DNA from: an uncultured Planctomycetales bacterium
Lineage (GTDB): Bacteria > Omnitrophota > Gorgyraeia > Gygaellales > Profunditerraquicolaceae
Assembly (NCBI GenBank): GCA_964413025.1
Contig: CAYPRG010000001.1
Location: forward strand, 464 to 64,463
Length of the DNA: 64,000 nt
Direction of reading: 5' to 3'
A program made the translations under genes and the position numbers. Below are positions 23,501 through 38,500 of this stretch, piece by piece. A model generated the notes under the pieces. It made no database searches. It saw nothing but the letters and a program-made list of their open reading frames with translations, and was not told where the DNA came from. Numbering within the stretch: position 1 is the stretch's first letter; each line of letters begins with the position of its first letter.

Positions 23501-26500
23501 CCGCATTCCGTATTGGTAAAAGTTGGGCTTCTCTCAACTTCATGGTTACGAGCAGTCATAATGCGGTTAGACGTAGCCAGAGTTTCGTATTGACATTCTA
23601 TATAAACGCCCAGCTGGGCAATATATTCCTTCTCGGCGGAAAGATTATTGAACCAGAATTCCCGGCTGGTATTTCCCGTAATCCCTTGTTCCTGATAGCC
23701 ATTATGGTTAAACCCATTAAACGCGCCCTGGCCGCTGACATCATAGAGACGGATGGCCAAGCGGGCGTTCTGTCGGTAATAATCTACTTCGGGCATATCC
23801 CAGAAAACGTAAGCATTAGAGGTATTCCCCTGGCCAAGTAAATGAATCCCCAGCTTATTATAAAAAGTAGGGATATCTCCCCAGGTTGATTCAGGATTAA
23901 TTTTTTCTTCGCTTTCTCCGATATAATCTTCATCAGAGAGATTCTTTATGGCGAGCTCCAAAGAAGAAATCCCTGCAGGAGTAAATACGCGTGAATAACC
24001 GGCACCCTTTCTAGCGTGCCACTTGAAAGGCTCGATTTCTCCCAGATAAACCGAGCTAAAATGCCCTCTCTCAAGTAAAAATTCCATTTCCAGGCTTTCT
24101 ATCCTCTCGGATACCGCGTTCGCCCTTATACTAGAATGATGAATTGTATCTCTTAGTTTTTCGCAGATAATCCCTAATGCCTTCTTCAAAGGTATCTGGT
24201 TGCTTTTCAGGTCAGCCGAAGTTATCCCGCCCTCAATAAATAAATCTATAATTTTTTCAATTGGTTTTTCAGATGCTTCGGCAATTGCCTTAACTAAACA
24301 ATTCTGTTTTAGGGCATCGCTTATTTTATTTTCTTGCTTTTTGGATTCTTCCGGCGAATAAGCTTTGCCCGGAGCAGGAGAAGTATAAACAATGCCTGGC
24401 GCAGGCTTAATCCCGTTATTATAAAAAGCACTGAGCGCCTCTTTTTCTTCTGTTACTATCCGCGAAACCGCTTTCTTCAAAGATAAAAATAAAGACTGGC
24501 CCGCGGCTTTAGCATATACACCTTCGGATTTTGGCTTACCGTGTTCCAAGATCAACCTTAAAACTTCCACCACCCCTAAATCTTCTAATTCTTTATTAGC
24601 GGCTTTAGGGTCGCGCGCGAACTCAAAAATCCTGAATAACTGCGTTTGATTGGCCAAAGATACACAACTTGGCAGGCCTTTACCTGTCTTTAGCTCCGAC
24701 AAGACATCCTGCATCAGGGAATATGTCTCAGGCTCTATATCTAATCCAAATTGATGCTTTAAACGTAATAACCTCAGTATATCGCCCAGCAAAAAGTTAA
24801 CCCCTTCTCCCACTATCCGGACTTTATTATCCAGGAGGTCTTCCAGTGCCTGGCGGTAATGCCCATATAAATTACCGTTACAATCCACGGACATCTGCAA
24901 CAAAGCAGCGCCTGAGTGAGTGGCAAAACTTTCCTTTGTCGCTGAATCAACTACATAATTTTTTAATATGATTTCTTTTCCGGGAGCATATTCCGTTTTT
25001 ATCAGGCCGGCGAATTGGACTTTGAGCCCTTGGAAAATTGCTTCTCCGTATGGTTTTCTGAAGGTATCCTTATCGGCTCCCAGCGCCAGCGCTAGTTTTT
25101 CCAACGACTGCATGGCGAAGGAATACACTCTTTCATTGGCAGGATATTTGAGGCTTCTGAAATTATTCCTTTCTTCCTCGGTGAGTTCTACTTTTGCGGC
25201 TATATCTATATCGCCCGATTCATTACTGAAAAATATATCCCTGACCGCTCCGCCCATCACTAAAATATCTTCCAGGCCCTTTTGCTTCAGGAAATTTATG
25301 AAGTCTTTTATATTCTTATCGTTTATATCGCTTATGTCTATCCTGCCCAGTGCCAGGCCTTTTTGGGCTAACGCACGGTCGCGCTTGACCACGACTTTTT
25401 TAGCCAGCCATTTCTTAAATGCTAATATAGTCAATACTCCTAAGCCGCAGATAATGGCAGGCAGGACGAAATGTTTAATTATGCCTAATGATTCCGGAGT
25501 TATGAATGCGAAATATGTACCCATGGCGTAGATATTAGCGGTGCTGCCGGCTTCCATCTTAGCAATGGCTTCTTTTAATTCTATATATTCAGGGTTATCC
25601 TGGATGATTGTTCCGCCGGCATGGGGAAGGTTGTCTATTTCGACGGTAAGGGGAGTGGCGCTTAAGAGTTCTCTTAAGGCCTCAAGCACGCTTTTATCGT
25701 TGAATCTTTCTAAAGCTTCGGCCGCGGCAAAAGCAATGTAATGCTCTTTATCTTTTGATAATTTAATTAAACAGGGTATTGCTTTTTTGCTGCCTATCCT
25801 GTCGAGCGTTTTGGCAGCGAAATGACGGATAAGGGCAAATTTATCTTTTGATACATTAACCACGGCTTTGACCGCGGGTGTTCCGATTTTGACTAACCCT
25901 TCTAAATCCTGCCTGGCAATTAAGAAAATTATTTTTTCTCCCTCTGTCTTCGCTATCCAGCCTAATTGGCCTAACGCCCAAGCAGCTTCTAAGCGGACAT
26001 CGCTATCTTCATCTTTCAATTTTTCTTTAAGATACGCTATTGCCCAGACATTATGGATTTGGCCTAAAGCCCTTGCCGCGGCTTTACGCACAGAAGAATC
26101 TTTGTCTTCTAATAATTCGGTTAAGATATCTGCTGCTTGGCTGTCGCCGATATTACCCAATATTTCAGCTCCTGCTTCCCGGAAATCGGCGTCCGCATCT
26201 AAACTTCTTAATTCTCTAGCCAATAAAATTTCTGCCGGCAGGCCAACCTGGACTAAAGCATCTATTAAATCTTCACGCAAATGGCCTCTTTTATTTTTTA
26301 ACAATAACTTCACCAGATAATCAGCTGCTTCTTCTCCGCCAAGCTGCCCCAGAGTTTCAATAGCGGCAATTGTTTCACGGATATACCAATCCTCTGCTTT
26401 TAATTCTCTGATAATATGGGTAGCTGAGCGTTTATCACCAAGCCGGCCCAAACTTTTAACAGCTTGCTCGCGCTTTACCCAATCCTGGTCTTCCATAGCC

Positions 26501-29500
26501 TTAATATGATATGTAGACTCAAACATCATCCGGTTATCCGCGGAATCAATCAGGCGTAAGAATAACCCCCGGCCTCCTTCTTTCTGCCTGACTTCAATCA
26601 GGGCGCGATAGGAAGCTTCGGCAAAGTAATCACGCACCATATGAGAAGGAATATTATGCAGATAACCTTTGGCAAAACCGATTGCCGGACGGACTGGTAA
26701 AGCCTTTTCAGGGACAAATGAAATAATAAACGGCAGATACTTCTGAGGCTGAGCTAACACCTGTTGATAGCTGATATGCTGGTCGCCTGTGCCCTGCATC
26801 ACCCATTCAATCCCAACACTGATCAGATAGTCCCTTAAGCTGTAGAATTTATCGCCTTCCAGGTATATAAAAGGAACCAGCTTACGGTTGTTTTTCTGGG
26901 CAAATTCAGTGGCCTTACCAACCAAATAAATAAAATCTTCAAGGTTAGCGATTTTGGCAGAAGAATTTAATTCAGGGATGTTAGTCTGCAGGTATCCTGC
27001 TCTGGCAAAGTTTTTAATCTCCTCAAAAGCCTTTTCAATTGCCCCCGGATTTTGCGCTTCTTCTTTCTGCAGCTTTTCCAATTTTTCTTCCAGCAGGCCT
27101 TTACCTAACTCAACATAAGGCTGGCGCACAAAAAGATTTTCCTGGACAATTTTCGTCGCCGGATTATCCAGGTTATTCAAATCAACATCCGATGCTGAAA
27201 ATTTAGCTTTCAGCAGGGCCCTGGCGATTAAGCGATTACCTATAGTATTAGTCATTCCGTAAAAAACAGTAAAGAGTTCGGCAAATGTATTGGCTAAATC
27301 CTGCTTATCCAGCTTTTTGAAATCAGGAATGCTTATTTTAAAATTTTTGGCTGATTTACCTAATTCAAGGCCTAATAAATTGATGATAAGCTTATTAGGT
27401 TTATTTTCATAATGCACTTTTTGCCCAGTCCAATAACTTTCTTTAACCGCGATAAGGTTGACAAAACCTTCCTGCCAGATGCTTTCATTAAAGTTTTGCT
27501 CAATGGACTTTCCAAACCAGAAAAGGTAATCCGGGACTAAAAGGCAGATATCGGTTATCTCCGCATCCAGGATCATATTCCCTAAGATATTGGCAGTGTG
27601 AGCTTCCGAACGCACTTTCTTTATGTATTCATGACGAAGATCCCAATATTCTTCGGCATCAAGGTCATGGTAAGCCAGGAATGTCATCATATGCAAGTCG
27701 CCGGTCCAGCGTCCGCCTACATTATCAAACATTGCCCCAAACCCGAGAGCATCTTCTCCGAGCTCTTTATCCAGCCCGGAATTCCGGATAAAAGCAGAAA
27801 GCCTGCTGTCTGCCGGCCTATCAGTAGTTTCGAAGAACATATTTCCTAAGACCTTAGCAAATATCTTTTTAACCTGGCCATAATTGACATCCAAACCCGC
27901 GGCCACAGCATTATTAGCTATGAGAGATAGATTAAATCCTTTAAATAATTCCTGGCCTTTACGTTCTTTACCGCTGATAAAATTAATCTGGTGCAATGCG
28001 GCCAAAACGATATCGGCGAACTTCGCGCCATCAATGCCTGATTTGGCGGAGATGCGTTTTAGAAGGACATAGAAAATCTCAACAAACACTATCATTGTTT
28101 CATCGGTAGAGCCTGATTTTGAACTTGGGATGACCGCAATCTGATCCCAATCCGCGTTATTACGCGCCAAGGCCTCTGCCATCGCAGTTTCAAAATTTTT
28201 ACCCAGTTCATATTCACCGGCTATTGCCGCTGTACGCAGGTCGATTACCTCAAAACCGCTGGCAATGCCCTGGAATGGAGTATGCTGGCCGCCGATGCCG
28301 GTCTTAATAACGTATTTGATGGGCTTTCCTATTCTTTCTGCCCGCAGCCGGAAGAACTTTTTCATATTGCTGACACCTTCCAGGAATATTACTTTCCCTT
28401 CTTCGGTAAAATAACCCTGGCTTCCTTTTAAGGCATGCGAACCATCGACTGCCGCGCCTTCAGGAACACCATACCCATCCTTTTTATATCCACCCCTAAG
28501 GAAACGCGCTGCCATTTCTATATCCCCTTTGGCATCCAAAGGAGTAGTAAGCTTTTCAAAAATTACCCGGCTTTCTTTCTTTTCTTTCGCCATCTTTACA
28601 TCCATTGCTTCTTCCACGTTTACCTCCGCATTTTGATGAGAAGATATCCCTAATAAAGCCATGCCTATTTTACCTAAAAATTCCTGCCTTGCAATATCTG
28701 TTACTTCGGTATAAAGACGAGCCACGTTTTCTGTCCCGGAAAGCCGGATACACAACCAATCTCCGCTTTCAAAAACTACTTTTAGTCCATCGGATGTGAT
28801 TACTACCGCTATCTTTTGCGCCATTCCCAAAGATTGCAATTTCTTAGCTAAAGACATCTCTTGGAAGCTGACTTTTGCGAGTTCTTCCCGCGCCTGCTTG
28901 ATAAGGCTAGAGGCTTTATCTTTTAACTCCTGGGTCAATATTATGTTATCCCGGCGATAGAAAAACTTCCTGCCGATAGTATTCTCGATTTCCTCTTTAT
29001 AGCTGGTCAGGCTCTTATTTTTATCCGCGGCCATCCAAAGGCACATTAAGCCAATAACAATACCGTCATCCCATGACTGCATAAATGGCCCTACCCCCAC
29101 ATGCGCGGATTCTTCGCCGGCGACAATAAACTTTCTATTATTCTTTATAACTTCTTCAACCGACCACTTGAACCCGACTTTTGTCTCTATCAGAGACAAC
29201 CCTAAATAATCGCAGACCGCGTTAACAAAATTAGAGGTAGCTACTGTTTTTCCTACCGCTCCGCGGAAACCTTTCTCATGGAGGAAATAAGCCAGCATGG
29301 CGATAATCTCATTAGCAGACATCTCTTTTCCGCCAAAATCTATTACTCCGAACCTGTCCGCGTCCCCATCAGCAGCAATACCCAAAGTAGTATTGTTTTT
29401 GTTCACCTCGGTTAACAAATCTACGATACTTGCTTTTTCCGTAGGATTAGGCGCGCCGTTTACCTGGTAAAAATAAGGGTCTTTATTACAGTAATGGATT

Positions 29501-32500
29501 ATGCTAAATATTCTATTTGTTTCCATTTCTATCTGGGCGTATATAGCCGCGAAATACCTCACTGCCGCGCCCTGCATAGGGTCTAAAACTAATTTAAAAT
29601 CAGGATTACGCTTTATATACGAAACAATTGTATCCCAGGCGCCGATTTTTTTAAGCGTAGGAATAATATACTTCTCCACATATATATCTATTGCATCCTT
29701 AAAGGTCAATTCTTTGATTAAGCCCGAACTCTTAGCCACAGCATAATCAATATAGCGGTATACATTGCTCTGGTTAGCGCAATCAGAAATTAGTTTTGTA
29801 GCCTCTTCATCCGCCGCTCCGCCGTGGTAAGGCGAAAATTTAAACCCGCCATCGGTATATTTATTATGAGAAGCCGTAAGGTTAATCACCCCGCTGATTC
29901 CTTTGTCTGAATTTGCCAGATACCCCAACACCGGGCTGGGCGCGGGTTCATTGATGATTATTCTTACCGGAATATCATTTGCCGCCAGGATAGAGGCGAT
30001 ATTCTTGGCGAAATCAGGATTCCCTCTTCTAGCATCATAACCGATTAATATCGCGCCTCTACCGATACGGCGTCTATAATATTCTGCTACACCTTGAGCC
30101 GCGCGCCGGACATTAGCCGAAATAAAATCCTGCCCTATGGTTCCGCGCCAACCAGAAGTGCCAAAACTTATCTTTGTGCCGGTAGAATACAGGTTCACGG
30201 TAACCGGCTGAATAGCTACAAAACCCAACAACTCATCTTCTAATTCAAGGTTCTTTTCGTGAAGCTGGCCCATGGCCGCGCCTAATTCATGGATTATGGT
30301 TAAAGCCAATTCAAGGGTGTTATAAAGGATTGATTGGTCAATATAGAGAAGCTTCTCATGGATTGCGCCGAAGAATAAATCATACGGCCCTGCCCTTAAA
30401 TAACCTTCTTCGGGCAATAATTCATTTAATTTCATCAGCCGCTTTTCGGCTTCTTCGGATTTATATTTAAGTTTCAGGAAATCTGCGGCGAATTCTTTTG
30501 CCCGCAGGACAAAGGGCAAATCTTTTATTCTGGATTCTTTGTAGCCTTTTTTGGCTATTTCCTGGGCAACTTCTTCTGCTGTTATCTCTAAGCCAGACTT
30601 GGAGCGGCCAAAATCAACCGCCTCTATTACTGAATACCCGTATTTTTTAAAAACCGCGGTAATTGATGAAAAATCTGTCATCATGATCACCCCTGATCTG
30701 GATATCTCATCAATAATCGACCTGCGAATAAAAGCGTATCCGGAATCTCTAAATTGGTACATGGCTAATTTTGGATTCCTCTCAAATTTTCCAAAAATGA
30801 GCTGCAGCAAGTCTTCAGGAAGCGTATCTACCATATTTAAAACTTGGGCGACCCTTCTTTCTCCTCCGCAACCATATACTTCCATAAATGTCACTAAAGC
30901 CGGGGGCGCAATTGAAAAATCCAAATTGAAATCTTGTACATAAGTATCAAAAAGCGCCGATGGCTCATGGGTTATACCTTTGGCAATATGGCTGATAAGT
31001 TCATGGTAGAGTATCTCTAACTGTTTTGATTTCGCGTAGCCCGGGAAGCTTGGATGGATAAAAACGGTGTTTTCCGGATAATCTTTACTTATGCGGAACC
31101 CAAGATTTACTGCCGCTACATTCCCCCCCATCTGTTCTAAAATCTTTCTATCAGTAGTAAAGATAAACGTGGCTTCTGGAGGTGCGCGTTCGGCGACTAT
31201 AGCCAAACGCTCTAGAATATGTTTTAATCTACCTTCGGTATCTTTCCAGAATTTCCTTGCCTGCGGCGCATCCAAAAGATATTCAACCTTGTTCAAACCC
31301 GTATTAACCCTGACTATATCCCTTTCTCCGAATAGCTCAATGAATACCTTCTGGATCGCGGAAGAAACAAGAATAGGATAAGTATTCGGCTTAGCGAATT
31401 CATCCCACTTCTTTTCCGACCAGATCTCCAAATGGTCAACATTGCCGACGAAAACAATCTTTCCGCCCTTTTCTAATCCCGCTTCATCAACCAATTCCGG
31501 ACAAATAACTATTCTTCTCTGCTTATCTAGGGTCACCGGGAAACTAAAAACACTAAGCTTAACTTTTTCTTCTTCCGCGAGCGCGTCTATCTTTTTGTTA
31601 TAAGAATCTACCGTGTATATAAGGATTTTTTGTACCAGGGGATTACAATACAAATAAAGCTCTGCTTTATCTCTAAAATTTCCGGCAAAGGCTGCGGGGA
31701 TAATTGCCCGGTTTTTATTATCTAAGGTCGACTTATAGTGTCCGGGGAAAGAAACCCGCTGCTCTTTTACTGTGCCAAAGAGCTTCACCCTGTTTCTGCC
31801 TTCGTTTTTGGCCTCATAGAGGGCTCTATCTACATTAGCTATCAGGGTCTCCATGGGCATATCCTTCTTAAAACTGGCTACCCCTATACTTACGGTGCAA
31901 TTCAAGATTATTTCTTTTCCTTCATTGTTCTTCACCTTGAATTGATTTCCTTCGACTATCTTCCTGATATCCTCGGCAACGGTATAGTAAGCCAAATCCT
32001 CTTCGGTGTGAGGCAAAATAACCGTGAATTCTTCGCCGCCGATCCTACAAGCAATATCAGGTCTTCTCACCCTTTTCTTTATCAGTTCTGATATTTCTTT
32101 GAGCATAGTATCGCCTGCCGGATGGCCATAGGTGTCATTTATTGATTTAAAATGGTCGATATCCAGCATCAACAAAGATAATGGGTGGTCTTCATGCCTC
32201 TGGGCATCTTCTATTTCATTAGATAAGGCTAAATCAAAATATCTGCGATTAAAAAGATTAGTTAAAACATCCACATAAGCCAAACTATCCAATTCATCAG
32301 CTATGGCCTCAAGAAACTCTATCTGTAACGAGGAGTTTTCCGGGCAAGACAGGCCTTTACGCGCCCCCGATTCATGCAAGACTGCTGACTTCAATTTACG
32401 GGCGTTATTAAAAATGGCTTCGTTAAGGTAATAAGTCCCCTCATGCGCCGCGATATAGAATTTCTCAAAATTCCCCACCCTTGCCGAAGCGGTATCGATT

Positions 32501-35500
32501 AGCAAATCCTGGAGGCCAGAGAGCAACATGTCTCTTTTTGTCACTTCCAGGAAGTCTTTTACCGCTTTAGAATTGAATACTATTAACTGGTATTCCGAAG
32601 GAGAAATCGTCCGGCTGGTTTTTTCTTTAACTTCCTTCGAAACTTCTTCCTTAGTCAGAGGCGCTCTGGATTTCGGGCAAGCGTAATCAGGGGAAAGCGT
32701 TTTCCCGGAGGGGAAAACAAAAAATCTCTTTACTCCATTAATTAAGGTTGTAGATAAGGTTCCTCTCGCCGAGGAAGATGGAACGGACCCTTGTTTGGAC
32801 GAATAAACTTGTTTCCTGGCTAAGCTCCAGCCAATTACCGCCTGAAGTCTTGCCTTTAACTTTTCCGTCAGATTCAATAAGGAAATTATACTCTTGGCAC
32901 CAGTGCGGGTATTTAGCGGAGCTAAAAATCCCTCTTTCTGTCGGGATAACTTTGACAAACTCAAGGTTCTGTAAATTAAACATTTTACCCCCTCCTTTCC
33001 ATTTTCTAAAAATCTTAACCAATCTTCATCCGGGACTAATCCGATATTATTATTCTTCAGGAACGCGATGTGGCTTTCTAAAAGATTATATTTAATGAGG
33101 TACTTAAGGGTGAGCTTTCTGGCTTGCTTTTCATTCTTGCCGAGCAGATGGAATAATTCGTGGCCTTCGAAAATTATTTTTAGCTGCTCCGGTGGGCCGG
33201 TCAAGAGATTAGGATTGACGAAAATATAAAGGTTGCCGCCGATTCTTTCTACTTCTATAGGCTCTTTCTGGGATGGGCTCATTATTACCACCACGCCTTT
33301 TCTCAATAACACAGCCATTCCCTTAGGGCCAAAGGAATTACTTACTATCTCCTGCTCTTTTACAAAAGGGGACCTATCAGGCTCATCGCTTCCCATCATA
33401 GTGGCGGGGTAAGGCAAAGGAACTCTCCAATTGCTTCTGCGTTTCTCAATCCCTAATTTGTCCAAAGCTTCGGCTGCGAACTTGCGCACAAATTTATCCT
33501 TATCTCTCAGTCCTCCGGCGAGAACAAGGATAACCTGTTTATTTTTAAAATTTCCTAAGGCTTCAAGAACCGCGGCGCGGATATGCCATTCTTCATCTTT
33601 GGCAAGTTTGATCAAAACTGGGATTGCCCTAATGTCGGCAATTACCCCCAATGCCTTTATGGCAAAGTAACGGCCATTTCCTCTGCAATTTTCTACCAGC
33701 TCAATAAGCGCCGGGACCGCTGCCTGGCCTTTCTTAATTAAGGCCTTGTTTATGGCTTCCTGTAAATACCAGTCTCCGTTTTTGAGCCCTTCAATAAGCG
33801 CCGGAATCTCCTGCTCATCTCCATTATCCCCAAAGGCATTGCTAACAACGATACGCACATCACTATCTTCACTTGCATCCTTTAATACCTCGGATAAGGC
33901 TTTGACCCCTTCACTGCTGTCAATTTTTCCTAAAACCCCGATTATTGCTAAGCGAATACTCTTCTCCGCCTCCCGATCCTTAAGTATTTTAATTAAGTAT
34001 GTCTCTGCGGCCTGGCCGATTTTTACCAGAGCATCCCAATCCTGCTTTGCGATTAAATAAAGTATCTTCTGACTTTCCGTCTTGGGCTGCCACTTTAATT
34101 TATCCAACCCCTTGGCCGCGGCTAAACGGGTATCTGCATCAAAATTCTCCAGCCTCCATAAGTAGTAACGGACCTTAGCTATCGGCGATAAATAATGCCA
34201 AATGATAAAAAGCAGCCCGATTTTTAAGGCTAAATATACAAAACCAGCCTGAAAAGGATGCTCATGAATATTGGAGAAGAACCGCCAGATAGACGAAAAT
34301 TCCTGCACAATCCCGGCATGGGTAAAGATTTGAGCGGTTAATAATAACAACCCTACGCCCACAGTTCCTGCAGCCATAAAAACCAACAGCCCCGTAAACG
34401 CGCTGCCTTTTTGTTGGGTAGATTTAGCAGGCGGGTTCTTTCTCACAAAAGAAGCTATGCCTTTTAATTTATTCTTCATGCCCTGCAACGAGGCCTTTAA
34501 GGTACGGACAATTTTACGAAGTATTATTATCGCTGGTATACTGCTTACAACCAATACGCGGGCAAAGCCTGCGGGATAACGCTGGTGCACGATAACACTT
34601 TTCTTAGCAAGGCGATCCAGTATTTTAAAGGCCTGGAAACATATTCTTCCTTTGTAAACAGCAATGGGGACTGTCCTGCCAAGCCTCCACGATGCGCTGA
34701 TAACTTCAGGTTCGCTCTCCTGAATTAACAGGCTCACAGATAGAACCCGGCCTATAAAAGAGGAAGACTTTAAGTATCTACCAAGATACTTCTGGTTAAA
34801 CGGATTAAAGATTAATGTGTTGGAGGTACGGCAAATCTCTTCATTACATTTACTAAAAGGAGTTATTACGGTTACTTGAGCAGGTATCTGCTCAGGATGT
34901 TTACGGCTGGCTTCTTCATCCAGGTACTTATGGAATGCTACGTGGTCCTGATAGTTAAGCGCGGCAGAGCCTATAATCAGATAACTTAATGCTACGCCCA
35001 GGCCGGCTAAGATAGTTATTACCCGAAGCAGGTTATTCGCAGTCAAATAATGAATACCGTATCCGGATACGATTGCCAGGATGGAAATAATGATACTGTC
35101 CCGATAAGTAGCAAATGAGGTGAATGTTTTAGCGCTATCGGCTTTCTCCTCTAACCCTTTAATATAATCTGAGCTTGAATCAAAACCCACTTCCGTGAAT
35201 CTTTTAACATAAACGCGCGCAGATAGATTCTTCTTCCTTAGTAATTCCAGCGTATAAGTAATATCCTTCTGGTTCTGCTCTTTTTCAAAAGCTGAGTCAA
35301 AGCTATTGGCGATAAGATGGGATATTTCGTGGTTAAGCATCACCTGCGCAACAATATGTCTTATATTTTTACCGGGAATAGAACAGATTTTGCCATAATG
35401 GACAAAGATTATGGCCTGGCTTGGATCGGGGATTTGAATGACATAGGGAGAGTCTTTTCTAATGTTATGTATGCCGATGACTTTAATGGTTAGCCCGTTA

Positions 35501-38500
35501 TCCAGCCTGGTCCTTGATTTAACCGCCTCTATAAGCGCTCCTCTGGCAGCTTCGGAAAGAGCATCTTTTAGTGCTTCATCCATAAAAATGGTTATTCCTT
35601 TTTCTTCAGCTATTTTTTCTAAATCTTTTTCCGCGGCTGCGATAATATTTTTCTCGCCCACAATACCGCTCCTGCAAAAATCATCTGCTAAGAGAGGGTT
35701 ATCTTGCGACAAACGCGAAGCTTGCCAAGAATTACATCTAATGTTCTCCATAAATATTAATTTTCTCTTCTCTCGCTGATAACACCTCAATTGATGCCAA
35801 GAAGACTTATTATCGCTGAATCCATCGTTTACTAATAAAACTCCTCCCTCTCTAAGCGCGTTGCCAATCATATCCATAAACTCTTTCCTATGTATATTAT
35901 TATCCAAATGGCATACCACATGATTAACGGTAATCACGCTTGCTCCCCCTATGCCATCCTTTGCGGGATTATTAGTAACTACCAAGCGCGCCCCCCGCTT
36001 TTCAAGATATTTCTTCGCCGGGTCAAATTCAATGCGTAAGTTTTTATAATCCGCGTCTTTTTTGCTTTTAATCAAACGCTTAAGGGCCTCTTCTCCTAAG
36101 AATGAGGTAACATCTCTATAAATATGCGTCCTGCGTATACTTTCATTCAGCACATCTTTAACATCCCGGAAAACCACTCCGGGAGCAACCGCCAATGTTC
36201 GGTAACTTATTTCAGAATCAACTATCTTGACTATAGCCTCGGCAATCTCATCTTCGCTATTAACAGATAATATTACCTCTTCAATTTTGCTCCCCCAGCT
36301 GCCAAACAAAAATAGGTGGTCATGGATATCTGTTCGAATTTTTTTAGGAAGGCTTATAAAAGGAACCCTGATAAAAGCCCGAGGAACGGCAACAGGAAGC
36401 TCTGTTCCGATAATATTGATACCGGGGTTTAATTTTCTTAATTTACTTGCCAATTCGCCGGTTGTTACCGGCAGGGCACCTACACCAATGTCTAAAACCA
36501 GATGTTTACCTTTACGCAAATCAATTCCGTAGATTTGTTCAAATCGAGGGGTTAAGATGTACTCTCTCACCTGCCTATTGCGGCCATTAAATGTCAGCTT
36601 ATTAAAAGCTCTCGGCAAAGATTGGCTCACAACATCCCAATCAACTCCGTTTAAATTATCTAATAAAGCTTTAATTTCTTCTTTCTCTTCCCACGCGAAA
36701 CTTCGCACACTCATCACCTTACCAGAAACCTCCCATTTATGCCGGGTAATTTCTCTCAACTCTTCTCTTATGAGCTTTGCATCGCGGTTTTTCAAGGCCG
36801 CAATAAGAACTTCACCTTTACGGGCTATATAATCTCTATTCTTTAAATCCTTAGCATTTAAATTTGAAAAATACCGCTTACCTTTCTCCTGAAAAAACAA
36901 GGTTGTCCCTTTATAAATCCAATCACGTAAGAAACGGATAAACAGGTTACTCCTGGAAGAAGTACTAATACTGCATAAGGCCAGCCCTGCCCAACCGGCA
37001 TTGTTAATTAACGGTAATTTCAGTCCGTCTATTGGTGAGGCAGCGGCAAAGGCGGGGGTGGCAAAAAGCATAATACCGGCAACCATAATAGCCACACGCG
37101 CCGCAAACGCGCCAGCGTTCCTTTCTCTGAGAGTTCCGCTAAAATTTGCAGCGTTATAGCAATTTTCTGTTATTATCCTTTCCCTTTCTCCAGGGCTTAA
37201 TTTTCCCAAAAAGAAACCTGATTTTTTTACTCTCGCAGACGTTTTAACATTAACTAATATGTCTTTAGAATTAAATACCAACTCTTGCTCACAAACAGGC
37301 CTTACCGGAGCAAAAATACTCCTGGCTTGAGGAAATACTTCTTTGAATCTGTTGGCCATGTTTACTTGGCGATCCTTACCCTTACCGGTAGAACAACTAT
37401 TCAGGACTATTGCTCCTTTGTCTTCTAATAAATATTGGGCCTCCCCTATCTGCTTCTTTAGATCCTTTGATGTCAACCATGATTCCCTACCTAAATGCAT
37501 ACTATCCCGCGACCCGTGAGCAAGAATAAAAATTAAAGAAGCTTTTTGTTCTTCTGTACTTTTTCTAAGGCTTCTTACCAGAGCTTCAGCATTATCAATT
37601 ATATTATATAAGACCCGATACCCTCTCAAATTTAATTCTTCTTTGAGAGACCGGTCATATATAAATGCTCCATTATGATCATAGGCCGCTACCAGAAAAA
37701 CAGCCAATCGATAACTACGCGGATCCATATATAAATCGCCTATCGGCCATGTCTTGGTTGATTCTTGGCTTTGCAGGCTACTCCCTATCCGCCTTGTAAG
37801 AGTGTTTGCACATTGAATAAGCGGATAGATAGCCGTATAAGGAGCGACAAGAAAGTTAAATACCATTTGGAGATGGATAGGCAAGTCACTAATATAAATT
37901 TTCTTAAAAACGCATACAATCAATCCCAGGGAAAAAACTGCAAATAAGAAACGCAGAAAATGACCAATGATTGTCTTCGATGCCGCATACTTAAGAATAA
38001 TCCAGCTTAAGAAAAATACACTGATATTAGCTACGCAGAAGTTGGCTGCGGATTGATTTACCCCTATGGCAAGGGCGAGGATGGTAATAAGCAGGCTACC
38101 GGCAACCATAAAAGCTAGAACCTCTATGCATGTGCTGCCTTTTTGTTCAAGCTGCGCCAATCTTTTCTTAAGCCCTCCCAAGAAATCATCATTCGGAATT
38201 ATCTTAATTTGGTAACACTCTAAAAATACGATGTGTTCTCTTAAGAAGGCGTCTTCAATCTTCCCTTCTAAAATATACTGCAGCATCGCCTCAATTTGTT
38301 CAAAAGGAGCCTTAAAGATTTCCGGATTGACTAATAAGGTTCCATTAAAAATACCAAAATAAGAACTTAATTCAAATTTATCAATTCCATTTGCTTTTAA
38401 TTTCTCTTCTCCCCCCGAAGCTTCCACGATTATGCGACACTCCTGCTCTACAGGCTTCTCTCCGTTTCGTTCCTTAATCATCGGCCAGGCAGCGGGATAT

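Noticed and set aside
32738-33022. Minus-strand ORFs in the other two minus frames (2100-2456, 6858-7064, 32738-33022, 47679-47867, 62183-62371).
   Set aside because: They lie in frames congruent to 0 or 2 (mod 3), overlapping the main coding frame congruent to 1. All are short (62-118 aa) with no motifs. They are frame-shifted shadows of the giant ORF.
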